The position numbers and the translations under genes are program-made. Positions 62,931 to 64,000 of a stretch of 64,000 nt of DNA are shown here, piece by piece. Origin of the DNA: Selaginella moellendorffii (Eukaryota; Plantae; Lycopodiophyta); assembly GCF_000143415.4 (NCBI RefSeq), contig NW_003314262.1, positions 757,431 through 821,430 of the forward strand, written 5' to 3'. The stretch's first letter is position 1. Each line of letters begins with the position of its first letter. The notes under the pieces are model-generated. The model did not search any database and was not told the origin of the DNA. It was given only the letters and a program-made list of their open reading frames with translations.

Positions 62931-64000
62931 TGTAAGCGACTAAATTTTCCATTTTACTTTAGGCACTTAACCACACCTCTGACCACTTGGAGGAGTCTCA
63001 TTGACAACCTCCATAAGTCCAACTCAGGACTTGGGGCTTGCTAGCCCCGAGAATGGCATCCATGCCACTCAACCTTAGCACTTGGTCCAAGTGCTCCACG
63101 TGTCCGATCCCATGATCGACACCCCAAGGTATCACCGACGTACCGGCCCGTTACGCTAAGGCCATGCCCACTTACCTTGGTCACACTGGTGGTCCAACAC
63201 CACTTGCATCACTGTCTTGGCCCTCCAAGACTAGGCAAACCATCCATGAGTGGTCATCTCAGATCCACTCCTTAGCATCCTTAGGATGCCCACCGACAAG
63301 GGGAATAGCCTTCCCCAATATCCCTCTGTCAGTCCCCACTAAGTCCCTTTCTACCCCTGGCCGTGTTTGCCAACACTACCACTAGATCGAGACCCACAGG
63401 CCCGACCACTAAGTCCCACGGTCCTCTGGGACTTCCTCACCACACGACTGTGTCCTTGGTCACTACCCCCGAGGACTGCTCCTCTTCCTTTCCACAGTCT
63501 GGGCCTTTGGGACAACATTTCGGAACACCGTGGCCTTACGCGAGCCACCTGGGTACTCTCCTCGCCTTCTGCCCTTGGGTGCTCTAGCCATGGGCTTAGA
63601 GCGGGTTCCGTTGAGCCACACCAGGTATCCAAGTAGGTAGTGCCACCCACACTTGGACTGGGAGCATCGGCCAGTCGATCTCCCGGGGAAACTAGAGCCG
63701 GCTCTTGAACACTTCACCAAGCTACCCCGCTTGTCGGTCTGTGTTCACTCTAGTCTTGGACTTCCTAGTGGGCAGCTCATCACCCAACACTGGGTCTGGC
63801 CTTCCTGGGCCAAACTGGCCTTTCCTGGCCAAACTGGCTCCACTGCAGTCCTCCCCCTACTATACTTTTGGAGCTCACCAAACCCCCCAGGGTCTGGGAG
63901 ACGAACGCTTTGCGCTTTCACCCTCTCAGACTCGAACTCGGACTCGGACTCGGACTCGGACTCGGACTCGGTCTCGGCCTCGGCCTCGGTCTCGTTCTCG
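62931..64000 (-). mobile_element. Young family A LTR, truncated by window end
   Basis: Begins TGTAAGCGACTAAATTTT and is near-identical to 24736-25815. Confidence 0.95.

Overview
Eukaryotic land-plant genomic DNA. Introns of about 45-90 nt, axonemal/ciliary genes, an ALDH21-like fragment and plant chromoviruses point to a plant with flagellated sperm, most likely the lycophyte Selaginella (inference). There are three zones. (1) 1-17.7 kb is AT-rich decayed DNA with a patchwork of gene remnants (MORC x2, F-box, TIC32-like SDR with an inverted concatemer, ALDH21-like) and a truncated short-LTR gypsy element. (2) 17.7-50.6 kb is a deep LTR-retrotransposon nest: two decayed chromodomain Ty3/gypsy elements (family B), a non-coding LARD-like family (A) nested in itself, solo LTRs, a MITE with 4-bp TSDs, and Cassandra-type TRIMs carrying 5S rRNA promoter boxes in their LTRs. 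(3) 53.6-60.6 kb holds three adjacent ciliary genes (CEP290-like, DNAAF1/ODA7, CFAP144/FAM183), followed by a NUA/TPR fragment and more TE DNA. The most notable observations are the Cassandra TRIMs, which share termini, PBS and PPT with a candidate helper chromovirus; a conserved multi-hairpin RNA element with twin tRNA-like T-loops shared by families A and B; and the ciliary gene cluster. Protein assignments come from manual translation and remembered family motifs, not database searches. Boundaries of decayed features are approximate.
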